Origin: Candidatus Stramentimicrobium fermentans
GTDB taxonomy: Bacteria > Atribacterota > Phoenicimicrobiia > Phoenicimicrobiales > Stramentimicrobiaceae
NCBI GenBank assembly: GCA_012520575.1
Contig: JAAYOB010000002.1
Location: 5,264 to 69,263 of the forward strand
DNA length: 64,000 nucleotides
Direction of reading: 5' to 3'
The notes beneath the pieces were generated by a model, which did no database searches, was not told the DNA's origin, and was given only the letters and a program-made list of their open reading frames with translations. Positions 28,945 to 38,335 of the stretch are shown one piece after another. Position numbers and translations under genes: made by a program. Position 1 is the first letter of the stretch, and each line of letters opens with the position of its first letter.

Positions 28945-30117
28945 TTAACTCATTCTTACCGGCATCAAAACATAGCTATATTGTTCTTCTTTAGCAACTG
29001 GATTAATCATAGCAGGATTTAGATTTTCATTTAATTTTATCTCAGTCTGATCTGTTTTAATAATTCTTAAAACATCATTTATATAACGGGAATTGAAGGA
29101 TATCTCAATATATTCCCCATCTATTAAGCAGGGAATCTGTTCACTGGCATCCCCTATATCCGGTGTGTTTACCTTTAAAATTAATTCTCCCCTATTTTCT
29201 CCTACCTGCTGAGAATAAATATGTGTTTCTAATCTGATAGTATTAATATCTTCTGTAACAAATAAACTGATTCTTTCCATTCTTTGTCTAAATTCTTCGG
29301 TATCTATTTTAATAGTAGTTTTAAATTGTTGAGGTATTATTTGGTGGTAATCAGGATATTGGCCATCGATAATGCGGGAAAATAACCTAATTCTATTCTT
29401 TTCCCCTTCCGAATTTAAAGTAAAAATAACCTGTTTTTCACCTAAATCTATTTCCACTATATTGTCATCCTCAAAGCTGAGTAATTTAAATAATTCAGAT
29501 AGTGCTCTCTGGGGAATAATAACTTCAAATTGGCTGTCTGTATCAATCCTATTCTTACCGGTTAATTTAATTTTTTTTAAGGCCAGACGGTGGCTGTCGG
29601 TTGCTACAATCTCTATTCCTTTTTCTACATTTTTAAATAAAATACCATTTAGAAAAGATCTGCTCTCATCCCTAGAAGAAGCAAATACCACCTCTTGTAT
29701 GGTCTCTTTTAATATTTTCTGTGTTAGTTTAATCTTTACTCTGCTTTGAACATCAGGAAATGGTGAAAAATCTTCAGCAGAAAACCCTAATATTTTATAG
29801 TTAGACATATCTTCTTCTTTAATATGAATTATATTATTTTTATCTACCTCAATCTCTATATTACCTTCCGGAAATTTTCTGATTAAATCGCTGAAAATTT
29901 TATTGGGAATAACTACCGCACCATGTTCTATAATCTGTGCGGAAATATAACAATCAATTCCTATTTCTAAATCGGTTGAAAATAAGTGAATTTTATTATC
30001 TTTAGTCACTTCAAAAAGAATACCGTTATATATAGGTAAACCAAGTTTGGTAGAAATGGCCTTCTGTACTATTTGAGTTCCGTTTTCTAAACTTTTTTGA
30101 GAACAGATAACTTTCAT
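28945..30117 (-). CDS. dnaN: DNA polymerase III beta sliding clamp
   Basis: 390 aa with three-domain clamp organisation. Directly downstream of dnaA. Confidence 0.9.
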   Translation of the reverse strand: MKVICSQKSLENGTQIVQKAISTKLGLPIYNGILFEVTKDNKIHLFSTDLEIGIDCYISAQIIEHGAVVIPNKIFSDLIRKFPEGNIEIEVDKNNIIHIKEEDMSNYKILGFSAEDFSPFPDVQSRVKIKLTQKILKETIQEVVFASSRDESRSFLNGILFKNVEKGIEIVATDSHRLALKKIKLTGKNRIDTDSQFEVIIPQRALSELFKLLSFEDDNIVEIDLGEKQVIFTLNSEGEKNRIRLFSRIIDGQYPDYHQIIPQQFKTTIKIDTEEFRQRMERISLFVTEDINTIRLETHIYSQQVGENRGELILKVNTPDIGDASEQIPCLIDGEYIEISFNSRYINDVLRIIKTDQTEIKLNENLNPAMINPVAKEEQYSYVLMPVRMS

Positions 30118-30463
30118 TTTTTTTCTCCCATTCTTTATAGTTTGCTTAATATTTTTGAAATATATTAAATATAAGAATAAGTAGTATTAGTAGTAATAAT
30201 GTTAATAAAGTGAATAAATATTTTAATCTCATCTAATTTAACAGTTAAATATGTGGATATTATTCTTAATAATTATATCTTTTATTAACAATATTCACAT
30301 AACCATATTTATTATTATATTAATTTATTTACTTAAAAAACGAAGAAATTATTAATAAGTGTTATATTATAATATTGAAGGTATATTTCAAATTACAAAT
30401 TATTTTCTTACCCATTAAAAAGATATTAATAATTATTCATTATGAGCAAAATATATTTATTGT
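30118..30463. promoter_or_regulatory. AT-rich dnaA-dnaN intergenic region with DnaA-box-like sites (possible oriC half / DUE)
   Basis: More than 80% AT. Contains TGTGGATAT and ATATTCACA (one mismatch each to TGTGGATAA/TTATCCACA). Confidence 0.4.
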
Positions 30464-31843
30464 TTAAGAACTATTTTTAATCTTATTTATTATTCTATCT
30501 ATATCCAATTTTAGTTTGTTATCTTTTAACAGCTGTTCTCTAATCTTATTGCAGGAGTGAAGAACAGTGGTATGGTCTTTCCCTCCAAAAGAGGCACCAA
30601 TCACAGGGAGGGAGTTATCGGTTAATTCCCGGGACAGATACATGGCAATATGACGGGCAGTTACTATATTTCTAGTTCTTTTTTTGGATAATAATAAACC
30701 CATTTTGATATTAAAAAATTCTGCAGTGTGTCTTTGAATTAAAGGGATGGATATCTCTTTTCTCTCAATAGGAATAAGGTCTTTTAAGATTTGCTGGGCT
30801 TGGGTAAAGTCAACCTCTTTTTGACCTGTTAAATCTAAATATGCCTTCAATTTAATTAAAGCACTTTCCAATTGACGAATATTAGATGGCTTTTCGGCGA
30901 TATGATTTATAATATCATCAGAAACCTCTAATTGATAAAATTCTGACTTCTTTTGTAATATAGCAATCCTGGTTTCAAATTCAGGCATCTGAATATCAGT
31001 GATAAGACCCCATTCAAATCGGGAAACCAAACGGCTCTCTAAATTGGCGATATCTTTAGGTGGTTTATCCGAAGTAATAACAATCTGTTTTCCGGCATTG
31101 TATAGCGTATTAAAGGTATGAAAAAACTCTTCCTGAGTTCTTTCCTTCCCTACTAGGAACTGTATATCATCAATCAATAGGACATCATAATTACGATATT
31201 TTTCTCTAAAGGATACTGTGGCATCTTCTTTAATAGCGTTAATTAATTCATTGGTAAACTTTTCAGAAGAAATAAAAGCAATATTTATAGAATGAAGAGA
31301 ATTTTTGTTAACAATATAGTTTCCAATGGCATGCATAAGGTGTGTTTTACCTAATCCTACCCCACCATAGATAAAGAGGGGATTATAAGATTTTCCGGGA
31401 GATTGAGCTACTGCCAAGCTGGCAGCCTGGGCTAATCGGTTAGAGTCCCCTACCACAAAATCATCAAAAGTATATTTGCTATTTAAACCGGTTTCTCGAT
31501 ATTGTTTCTCCAGGATATCTTTATCCGCCGCCTTGTTCTTCTTCCCCCCGGCAATTAAATTTGTGGACGACTTCGGGCTTTTGATTGTATCTATACTAAA
31601 TTTAATGTTAATATCCCCCTCTAGCCCCAGTTGTTCCATAAAAATATTATTGATGAAATGGATGTGGTTTTTTTCCAGCCATTCTTTACAAAACTTATCG
31701 GGTACCGCAAGATGTAATTCATTATTTTTAAAGTCGATGAGTTGAATTCTGGAAAACCAGGTATTAAATATCTGCAGGCCCACTCTGTCCCGAATAATAT
31801 TTAGAGCTTCCTCCCATTTTTCATCTAATCGGTGATAGTTCAT
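30464..31843 (-). CDS. dnaA: Chromosomal replication initiator protein DnaA
   Basis: AAA+ Walker A GGVGLGKTHL, Walker B LLIDDIQ, domain IV DNA-binding C-terminus. Confidence 0.9.
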   Translation of the reverse strand: MNYHRLDEKWEEALNIIRDRVGLQIFNTWFSRIQLIDFKNNELHLAVPDKFCKEWLEKNHIHFINNIFMEQLGLEGDINIKFSIDTIKSPKSSTNLIAGGKKNKAADKDILEKQYRETGLNSKYTFDDFVVGDSNRLAQAASLAVAQSPGKSYNPLFIYGGVGLGKTHLMHAIGNYIVNKNSLHSINIAFISSEKFTNELINAIKEDATVSFREKYRNYDVLLIDDIQFLVGKERTQEEFFHTFNTLYNAGKQIVITSDKPPKDIANLESRLVSRFEWGLITDIQMPEFETRIAILQKKSEFYQLEVSDDIINHIAEKPSNIRQLESALIKLKAYLDLTGQKEVDFTQAQQILKDLIPIERKEISIPLIQRHTAEFFNIKMGLLLSKKRTRNIVTARHIAMYLSRELTDNSLPVIGASFGGKDHTTVLHSCNKIREQLLKDNKLKLDIDRIINKIKNSS

Positions 31844-32452
31844 AATAACCCTTAAATAGCATATAGTTTAATGGTAATTTAAGCAGCTGTTGAAAAGTTC
31901 AGCCCCAACTATTAAATAATTAAGAATTTAAAAAAGTATTAACAGTATTAACAATAGACTGTGGAAAACAATCTATGGGCTTCTTGATTAGATCAAAAAA
32001 GCCTTTGCCGTAATAAAAGTATTTTTCAAAAAAAATGGCTTTCAAAGGTTTCGGTAATAATAAAAGGTTTTTATCTAATTCACAGTTTATTAACAGTTGT
32101 GGATAAATAAGAAAAACAAAACCCAATTAAAATAAGAGCAAATTTAAAGTTTGTGTTTAAATTATACTCCTAATATCATAGCAAAAATATGGAAACATGC
32201 CAAGAAATTTTTTGAACACTTTCTCCAGCCAGAAGCAATGACAAATTTTAAAACGCTTTTCAGATTTTATAATATCTTGTTATTATAATTGAAATGAGGT
32301 AGACTATTTCAGTATTTGACATATTTATGGAATTATAGTTATAATTTGGAATCATAACTCGCTGGCTCAATATCAGCATGATTGGTTAAGTCTAACCAAG
32401 ACAGGAAAGATATAAAACAATTTCTAAATAGCTAACAGGAGAATAAAAACAA
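31844..32452. promoter_or_regulatory. dnaA-upstream origin region with DnaA boxes
   Basis: Perfect TGTGGATAA (32098-32106). TGTGGAAAA (31960-31968). TAATTCACA (32076-32084). AT-rich flanks. Lies between divergent dnaA and rpmH. Confidence 0.55.
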
Positions 32453-32593
32453 ATGAAGCGTACTTATCAGCCCAGTACCAGAAAGAGACTGAAGACACAC
32501 GGATTTCGTAAACGTATGAGTACTAAAAGCGGAAGACTTATCTTGAAAAGAAGAAGACAAAAAGGAAGGAAGAGATTAACCGTTTCCGGTTAG
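32453..32593 (+). CDS. rpmH: 50S ribosomal protein L34
   Basis: [46 protein letters not shown], 46 aa. Not in the ORF track because of its length. Confidence 0.9.
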   Translation: MKRTYQPSTRKRLKTHGFRKRMSTKSGRLILKRRRQKGRKRLTVSG

Positions 32594-32595
32594 AT

Positions 32596-32949
32596 GGCAA
32601 CCTAGTTAAGGAGAGTTCCATAAAAACTAGTGAGTTTAGAAGAGTTTTTTCCGGTGGAAATAAGATATTAGGAAAGAATATTGTACTCCATGTCCTATCA
32701 ACTCAGCAGGAGAATAATAAGGTAGGTATTATCGTTAAAAAGAGCATTGGCAATGCTGTACAGCGCAACAAAATTAGGCGAAGATTAAGGGAGATCTGGC
32801 GTCAACAGAATAAGGTGCTAAGTCCGGGCTATGATATGGTTATCGTCGCTCGAAAGGAGATTATCTCAGCTACGTTTGCCGAGATAGAACAAGAAATTAT
32901 AGAATTATTGCAAAGGAATAATATCAAATTGGTAAAGAGAGAAACATAA
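32596..32949 (+). CDS. rnpA: Ribonuclease P protein component
   Basis: SEFRRVFSGGNK...VGIIVKKSIGNAVQRNKIRRRLRE conserved RnpA core. The 5' boundary is uncertain: no in-frame ATG/GTG/TTG near the conserved N-terminus. Confidence 0.7.
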   Translation, partial: GNLVKESSIKTSEFRRVFSGGNKILGKNIVLHVLSTQQENNKVGIIVKKSIGNAVQRNKIRRRLREIWRQQNKVLSPGYDMVIVARKEIISATFAEIEQEIIELLQRNNIKLVKRET

Positions 32950-32973
32950 GAGAATTCTTATGTTAATACTATA

Positions 32974-33198
32974 ATGATGAAAAAAATACTAATTACAGTG
33001 ATTGTCTTTTATCAAAAGCATATTTCCCCTTTAAAACCGGCAACTTGTAGGTTTTACCCTACTTGTTCCGAATACGCTCTACAGGCCATTCGCAAATATG
33101 GCTATTTAAAAGGAACCTGGCTATCTTTAAAGAGGGTGTTGAGATGCCACCCTTATCATCCCGGCGGTTTTGACCCGGTACCGGTACTTGATAAGTAA
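32974..33198 (+). CDS. yidD: Membrane protein insertion efficiency factor YidD
   Basis: [21 protein letters not shown]...HPGG hallmark. Confidence 0.85.
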   Translation: MMKKILITVIVFYQKHISPLKPATCRFYPTCSEYALQAIRKYGYLKGTWLSLKRVLRCHPYHPGGFDPVPVLDK

Positions 33199-33274
33199 TG
33201 TTAATTAGATAGAAAGCTTAATAGAAATAGATAAATACAGGCGGTATTTTTAAAGAGAAAAGGAGAATAGTGAT

Positions 33275-34168
33275 TTGGGAATTTGGAATACATTGGCAGG
33301 TTGGGTAGAACAATTACTCAGTATATTATATGGAATTACTCATAATTATGGCTTAGCTATAATTATTTTAACCCTCATTATTAGAGCCATCATGTACCCT
33401 CTGATGCAAAAACAGATAGTGGCTATGCGTGACACACAAAAAATTCAGCCCCTTATACAGGAAATACAAAAAAAGTATAGCCATGATAAAGAGCGCATGA
33501 ATCAGGAAGTAATGGCTTTATACAAACAGCATAAGATTAACCCCATGGGAGGGTGCCTCCCCTTACTCATTCAGATGCCTATCCTGATTCTATTTTTTAG
33601 GGTTTTAAGGGAATTCAAGTATTTTATTCCTAACACCGAGATTATAGACAGCGGATTTTTATGGATTAAAAATCTAGCCGCACCTGATGAGTTATTTGGT
33701 GTCATGGGAAATTATAGTATTGGCATTTTGCCATTCTTAGTAGCAGCCTCTATGTATTTTCAACAAAAACTGACCATGTCCGCTATGCCGGCAGCCGGTC
33801 AGAGCAGTGCCTCATCTTCTTCCAACCCGGCTGCTGATACCCAAAAAATTATGGGAACAGTAATGCCGCTGATGATAGGCTTTATCAGCTTTAATCTGCC
33901 CTCGGGATTAAGCCTATACTGGCTTACCTCCACTCTTTTTGATATCGGACAAAGGCTGATAATTAACAAAAAAGACAAAAATACTGAGGCAGAAAAGAAA
34001 CCGGTTGCCGATATCTCTCCGGAGCAAACAGTTCCGGAGCAAACAGCTCTAGAACAGAAACCGGAACAGAAACCTAAAAAGAAAACCCAACCAAAACCTA
34101 AAAAGCCGGATACTTCCTGGATACCGGGATATGAAACACCTTCTGCTAAAAAAACTAAAAAACAATAA
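33275..34168 (+). CDS. yidC: Membrane protein insertase YidC/Oxa1 family (short form)
   Basis: TTG start with AAAGGAGAA RBS. Conserved 5-TM core. Lys/Pro-rich C-terminal tail. Confidence 0.85.
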   Translation: MGIWNTLAGWVEQLLSILYGITHNYGLAIIILTLIIRAIMYPLMQKQIVAMRDTQKIQPLIQEIQKKYSHDKERMNQEVMALYKQHKINPMGGCLPLLIQMPILILFFRVLREFKYFIPNTEIIDSGFLWIKNLAAPDELFGVMGNYSIGILPFLVAASMYFQQKLTMSAMPAAGQSSASSSSNPAADTQKIMGTVMPLMIGFISFNLPSGLSLYWLTSTLFDIGQRLIINKKDKNTEAEKKPVADISPEQTVPEQTALEQKPEQKPKKKTQPKPKKPDTSWIPGYETPSAKKTKKQ

Positions 34169-34236
34169 ACCAAATGATAGTCCTATTAGCTGGAGTTCTT
34201 GGTAGAAATTAGCAAATCGCTGAAAAGAGGTATCTT

Positions 34237-34752
34237 TTGCTACATTTTGAAAATGATGGAATAAGATATAGTGAGCAGGACCAAAAAGCATGGCAGATTG
34301 TTTCTCGAATTGTAGAAAGCATAAGTGCAGGTGCAGAAGTAAAGATTGTCACTGCTGATCAGGGCCATACTCTTTTTGAGATAGTGAAAACAGACCCCGG
34401 AATTATTATTGGGAAACATGGCCATACCCTTGATGCTATTCAATATATAGTGAATTTGATTATGAATAGGAGGAGAGGTTCGGAAAACTATAAGAATTAC
34501 ATAGTCGATATTGATGGATATCGCAAAAGAAGAGAAGAATCCCTAAAACGTTATGCCCGAGAACAGGCAGAATTAGCCAAAAGAAAGGGCTATAACATTT
34601 CACTTTATTATATGAATAGTATGGAAAGAAGATTGGTGCATATGGCTTTGCAGGAAGATTCTGATATTATTACTTTTAGTGAGGGAAGGGAGCCTTATCG
34701 TAGAATTATCATCAAGCCGAGCTCGATTAAAAATGAAGAAGACAGGCTTTAA
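34237..34752 (+). CDS. khpB: KH+R3H RNA-binding protein Jag/KhpB
   Basis: KH segment IIGKHGHTLDAIQYIVNLI. R3H segment RRLVHMALQEDSDIITFSEG. TTG start. Conserved position after yidC. Confidence 0.75.
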   Translation: MLHFENDGIRYSEQDQKAWQIVSRIVESISAGAEVKIVTADQGHTLFEIVKTDPGIIIGKHGHTLDAIQYIVNLIMNRRRGSENYKNYIVDIDGYRKRREESLKRYAREQAELAKRKGYNISLYYMNSMERRLVHMALQEDSDIITFSEGREPYRRIIIKPSSIKNEEDRL

Positions 34753-34905
34753 AAAGCACTTATTAGAGACCGCCAAGGAGTATGCCTTAAAAAGGGCTTA
34801 ATAAAGATTACCGTTAAATAACAGTTAAAGCAAGACTATCTACAATAATAAAAACAAGTTTATAAAAATACATAATTATTTTGTTAATAATTTAAATAAG
34901 AAATT

Positions 34906-34939
34906 GCAGATACCCACGGGCAAACTCGTGGGTATCTGC
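34906..34939. repeat. Perfect 13-bp inverted repeat (GCAGATACCCACG-n8-CGTGGGTATCTGC) in the jag-mnmE spacer
   Basis: Seen directly. No U-tract follows, so not a canonical terminator. Lies ~50 nt upstream of the mnmE ATG. Confidence 0.4.
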
Positions 34940-34987
34940 GCAAAAGAAGATGCCGGTAAGAGACTAATAGATAAAACGCGATGTAAG

Positions 34988-36421
34988 ATGAAAACCAAGC
35001 CATTCTGTAATAAGAATAAAGAAAATGATACCATCGTTGCCATATCTACACCACAAGGTATTGGCGGTATTGGAATTGTTCGTATCAGCGGTCCCCGTGC
35101 CATTGAGATTGCCGGTAAAATATTTCGCTCTAAAGGGAAAATAGAGATGAAACCCGGAGCATTTTACAGTCACCGCATCTATTATGGAACAATTGTTTGC
35201 CCGGTCTCAGATTCTGTAGTAGATGAGGTTTTACTGACCGTGATGCGCAAGCCGAAGACTTATACCAGAGAGGATGTGGTGGAAATCAATTGTCATGGCG
35301 GCTATTTTGCGGTGAATAAAGTGCTGGAAATGGTCCATAAACTGGGAGCTAGGATCGCGGAACCGGGAGAATTTACCAAATTAGCTTTTTTAAGTGGACG
35401 AATAGACTTAAGTCAAGCGGAAGCAGTTATCGATGTCATTAATGCCGGTAATGAAAAAAGTTTGTGTTCTTCCTTAAAACATCTTTCCGGGGGCTTAAAG
35501 AACAAAATAGCCGAGTTAAAGAACCGTATAATCAGTTTAAATGCCGGGATTGAAGCAATGCTCGATTTTCCGGACCAGGGTCTTGGCGATATTGACAAGG
35601 AGAAAATAAAAAAAATACTAAAAATATGTCTCCGAGAAGTAGATAAATTGTTGAATACCGTAAAATACGGAATGCTTATCAAAGAAGGAATCGGCACCAT
35701 TATTTTAGGAAAGACCAATGTGGGAAAATCCAGCCTTTTTAACCTATTATTAAAGAAAAATAAATCAATAGTCACTCCATTACCGGGAACAACAAGAGAC
35801 ATCATTGAGGGAACTATAGACATTAAAGGACTTACTTTTAATTTAATTGATACTGCCGGAATCAAAACTCCCGAAAATATTGTAGAAAAGATAAGCTTAC
35901 AGAAGGTAAACGAGCAAATGGAATTTGCCAGTCTGTTCTTAATAATGTTTGATATTAGTCAACCGCTTGATTCTCACGATCTTAACCTCATTAAAAGAAT
36001 AAAATCTTTCCATAATAGTAATATCATCAAAATATTTATTTTAAATAAGACTGACCTTCCGCCAAAGTTGGACCAATCCAAATTAGTGCATCTGCTTGGA
36101 GGAGATAAATTTGTTAAAATATCCATTAAAAAAGGGATAGGCATCAATGCTTTATTAGAAAATATAGCTCAGCATATTTTATCCGACCTCTATATACCTG
36201 AGGAAGGACTTGTAATAAGCAATAAAAGGCACCAAGAATATTTACTTAAAATACAAAACTCTCTATCCAGTCTTATTCAAAGCTTAAGGGAAGGGATGCC
36301 CATTGATTTGGTAACCCTGGACCTTAGATACATTATCAATCAACTGGCTAATATTACCGGCGAATCTTATGACGATGAAATAATCAAAACTATATTTTCC
36401 CGGTTCTGTATCGGTAAATAA
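34988..36421 (+). CDS. mnmE: tRNA modification GTPase MnmE (TrmE)
   Basis: N-terminal DTIVAISTPQGIGGIGIVRISG, G-domain GKTNVGKSS, C-terminal CIGK. ATG 34988 was chosen over the track's upstream extension. Confidence 0.85.
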   Translation: MKTKPFCNKNKENDTIVAISTPQGIGGIGIVRISGPRAIEIAGKIFRSKGKIEMKPGAFYSHRIYYGTIVCPVSDSVVDEVLLTVMRKPKTYTREDVVEINCHGGYFAVNKVLEMVHKLGARIAEPGEFTKLAFLSGRIDLSQAEAVIDVINAGNEKSLCSSLKHLSGGLKNKIAELKNRIISLNAGIEAMLDFPDQGLGDIDKEKIKKILKICLREVDKLLNTVKYGMLIKEGIGTIILGKTNVGKSSLFNLLLKKNKSIVTPLPGTTRDIIEGTIDIKGLTFNLIDTAGIKTPENIVEKISLQKVNEQMEFASLFLIMFDISQPLDSHDLNLIKRIKSFHNSNIIKIFILNKTDLPPKLDQSKLVHLLGGDKFVKISIKKGIGINALLENIAQHILSDLYIPEEGLVISNKRHQEYLLKIQNSLSSLIQSLREGMPIDLVTLDLRYIINQLANITGESYDDEIIKTIFSRFCIGK

Positions 36422-36674
36422 GAATGCTTTAAAAAATCTAAGTCTATCTTAAAATACCCGTCCCCATATTAGGCTGTCTCAGAACATCATTAAAACCGAA
36501 ACTGCATATCCGGCCTTGCCTCGGCTAAGTTAAGAAAGTTCCCATAATTTTGCAAAATTAGGGATGCATCATATCAGTTAACATAGGTTAAAACTAACAA
36601 AAATAGATAATATTGAACCAATATTATCTTTATAGAAATCTTTCTATGACTTTAAAGAAGTAGAAATAGTTTAA

Positions 36675-36690
36675 TGTTCCACGTGGAACA
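36675..36690. promoter_or_regulatory. parS site 1 (TGTTCCACGTGGAACA) within a 26-bp perfect palindrome
   Basis: 15/16 match to the Firmicutes parS consensus TGTTNCACGTGAAACA. Extended palindrome TTTAATGTTCCACGTGGAACATTAAA (36670-36695). Confidence 0.7.
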
Positions 36691-36998
36691 TTAAACTCAA
36701 ACATAATTCATTATCATATTAAAAACGGAAATTGCTGTTTCGGTCTGCTGTTTGATAAATTATTAATTAGATATAAAGAAAAGCTAATATCTAATTGTTG
36801 CCATATTCTTTATATATTAAGGCAGAATAACAGAATCAGTTTAAGGTAAGATTTACGCTTAAAGGAAACAAAGAAGACTTATTTTTTATATACTGTCCGT
36901 AATTAATGAGAAGCTTTACCGGCAGAAAAGTCCCTTCCTCCAGAATAATAAGAGATAAGGAGAAGTAAAAAACTATAGATTCTAATAAGATTTTATAT

Positions 36999-37250
36999 TT
37001 GTGAATAAGCTGTGGAAAAATACAAAAACACACTTTTGGTTGCACCTAGAGAAAATTAACAAAAAGATAGTTCGAAAATTATTTAGGAGAAATAGAGGAG
37101 AATTTTACGTTGAAAGGCATACTTCTACAGGCCTTTTTATGAAAATAACTAAAAAATAACCCGGAATTCTATTAGCCTAATATACATATATAAATATAAT
37201 AATAAATTGTGGAAAACCTGTGGAAAATGAAAATTGTTAATGTGGAAGAC
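36999..37250. promoter_or_regulatory. Cluster of five same-orientation DnaA-box-like 9-mers plus adjacent AT-rich tract (candidate oriC core / DnaA-box cluster)
   Basis: TGTGAATAA 37000-37008. TGTGGAAAA at 37011, 37208 and 37219. TGTGGAAGA at 37241. AT-only stretch ATATACATATATAAATATAATAATAAA just upstream. Confidence 0.5.
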
Positions 37251-37529
37251 AGAAATTAGAATGTTATGGAAGATGGCGCCCCCCAATCCGGGTAAGGAAT
37301 GTTTGAAAAGACCTTTGTATTTTGGATATTTTTTTGATAATATAAAATTGCTTTGTTTTGTTAAAGTATAAAAAGCATTGACTATTTTACCGGTTTCCAA
37401 AGTATGGAGTAACTTTATGCAATAACTTATTGTTAGATTAGTATTTAATATTTTTATTTTCTACTGTATAATTGGAGAGAAGTTCGAAATTAACCCTTAA
37501 TCTGCCGAGATGTTTTTATGAATTTAATA

Positions 37530-37545
37530 TGTTCCACGTGGAACA
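37530..37545. promoter_or_regulatory. parS site 2 (TGTTCCACGTGGAACA), 29 nt upstream of parA
   Basis: 16-mer identical to site 1. Confidence 0.7.
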
Positions 37546-37573
37546 ATTTTTTAAATAAGAGGACTGGTCGATA

Positions 37574-38335
37574 ATGGGTAAAATAATAGTAATCGGCAAT
37601 CAAAAGGGCGGAGTGGGGAAGACCACTACCGCCATTAATTTGAGTGCTTTCTTAGCCCTGGAGGGAAAGAAGGTATTATTGGTTGATATTGATCCACAGG
37701 GCAATGCCAGCAGTGGTATAGGAGTGGAACGTTCTAAAATTAAGAAGACTATCTACGATAGTTTGATTAATCAAGTTCCTATACAGGAAGTTCTGATTCC
37801 CAGCCAGATTAAAAATCTTGATGTTTTGCCATCCACACTGCAGTTAGCTGGTGCTGAAATTGAATTAGTAAATTATATTTCTCGAGAAAACCGTTTAAAA
37901 CAACTTCTTCGAACCATTAGAGAGGATTACAATTATATTATTATTGACACCCCTCCTTCTCTAGGGCTTCTTACCTTAAACGCCCTGAATGCCGCCGATT
38001 CCGTTATTATTCCGGTGCAATGTGAGTACTACGCTCTGGAAGGTATCGGGCAATTGCTCAATACCATAACGCTGGTAAAAGAAAATTTAAATCCTAATTT
38101 AGCCATAGAGGGGATTTTGTTGACCATGTATGATGTTCGAAATAATCTCTCGAAAGAGGTAGCAGAAGAGATCGAAAAACATTTCCACGGCAGTGTTTTC
38201 CAGTCGGTTATTCCTCGTAATGTGCGTTTAAGTGAGGCGCCCAGCTATGGCCAGCCCATTGTTCTCTATGAGGCAAAGTCCCGGGGTGCGCAAGCCTATC
38301 ACAAGTTAGCCGGGGAGGTAATAGCTAATGGCTAA
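37574..38335 (+). CDS. soj: Chromosome partitioning ATPase ParA/Soj
   Basis: Deviant Walker A GNQKGGVGKTTT. 253 aa. Confidence 0.85.
   Translation: MGKIIVIGNQKGGVGKTTTAINLSAFLALEGKKVLLVDIDPQGNASSGIGVERSKIKKTIYDSLINQVPIQEVLIPSQIKNLDVLPSTLQLAGAEIELVNYISRENRLKQLLRTIREDYNYIIIDTPPSLGLLTLNALNAADSVIIPVQCEYYALEGIGQLLNTITLVKENLNPNLAIEGILLTMYDVRNNLSKEVAEEIEKHFHGSVFQSVIPRNVRLSEAPSYGQPIVLYEAKSRGAQAYHKLAGEVIANG

Noticed and set aside
36836-37400. Small ORFs (36836-37045, 37149-37400 minus strand) in the mnmE-parA gap.
   Set aside because: They overlap the DnaA-box/AT-rich origin-like region and have low-complexity translations. Interpreted as non-coding.
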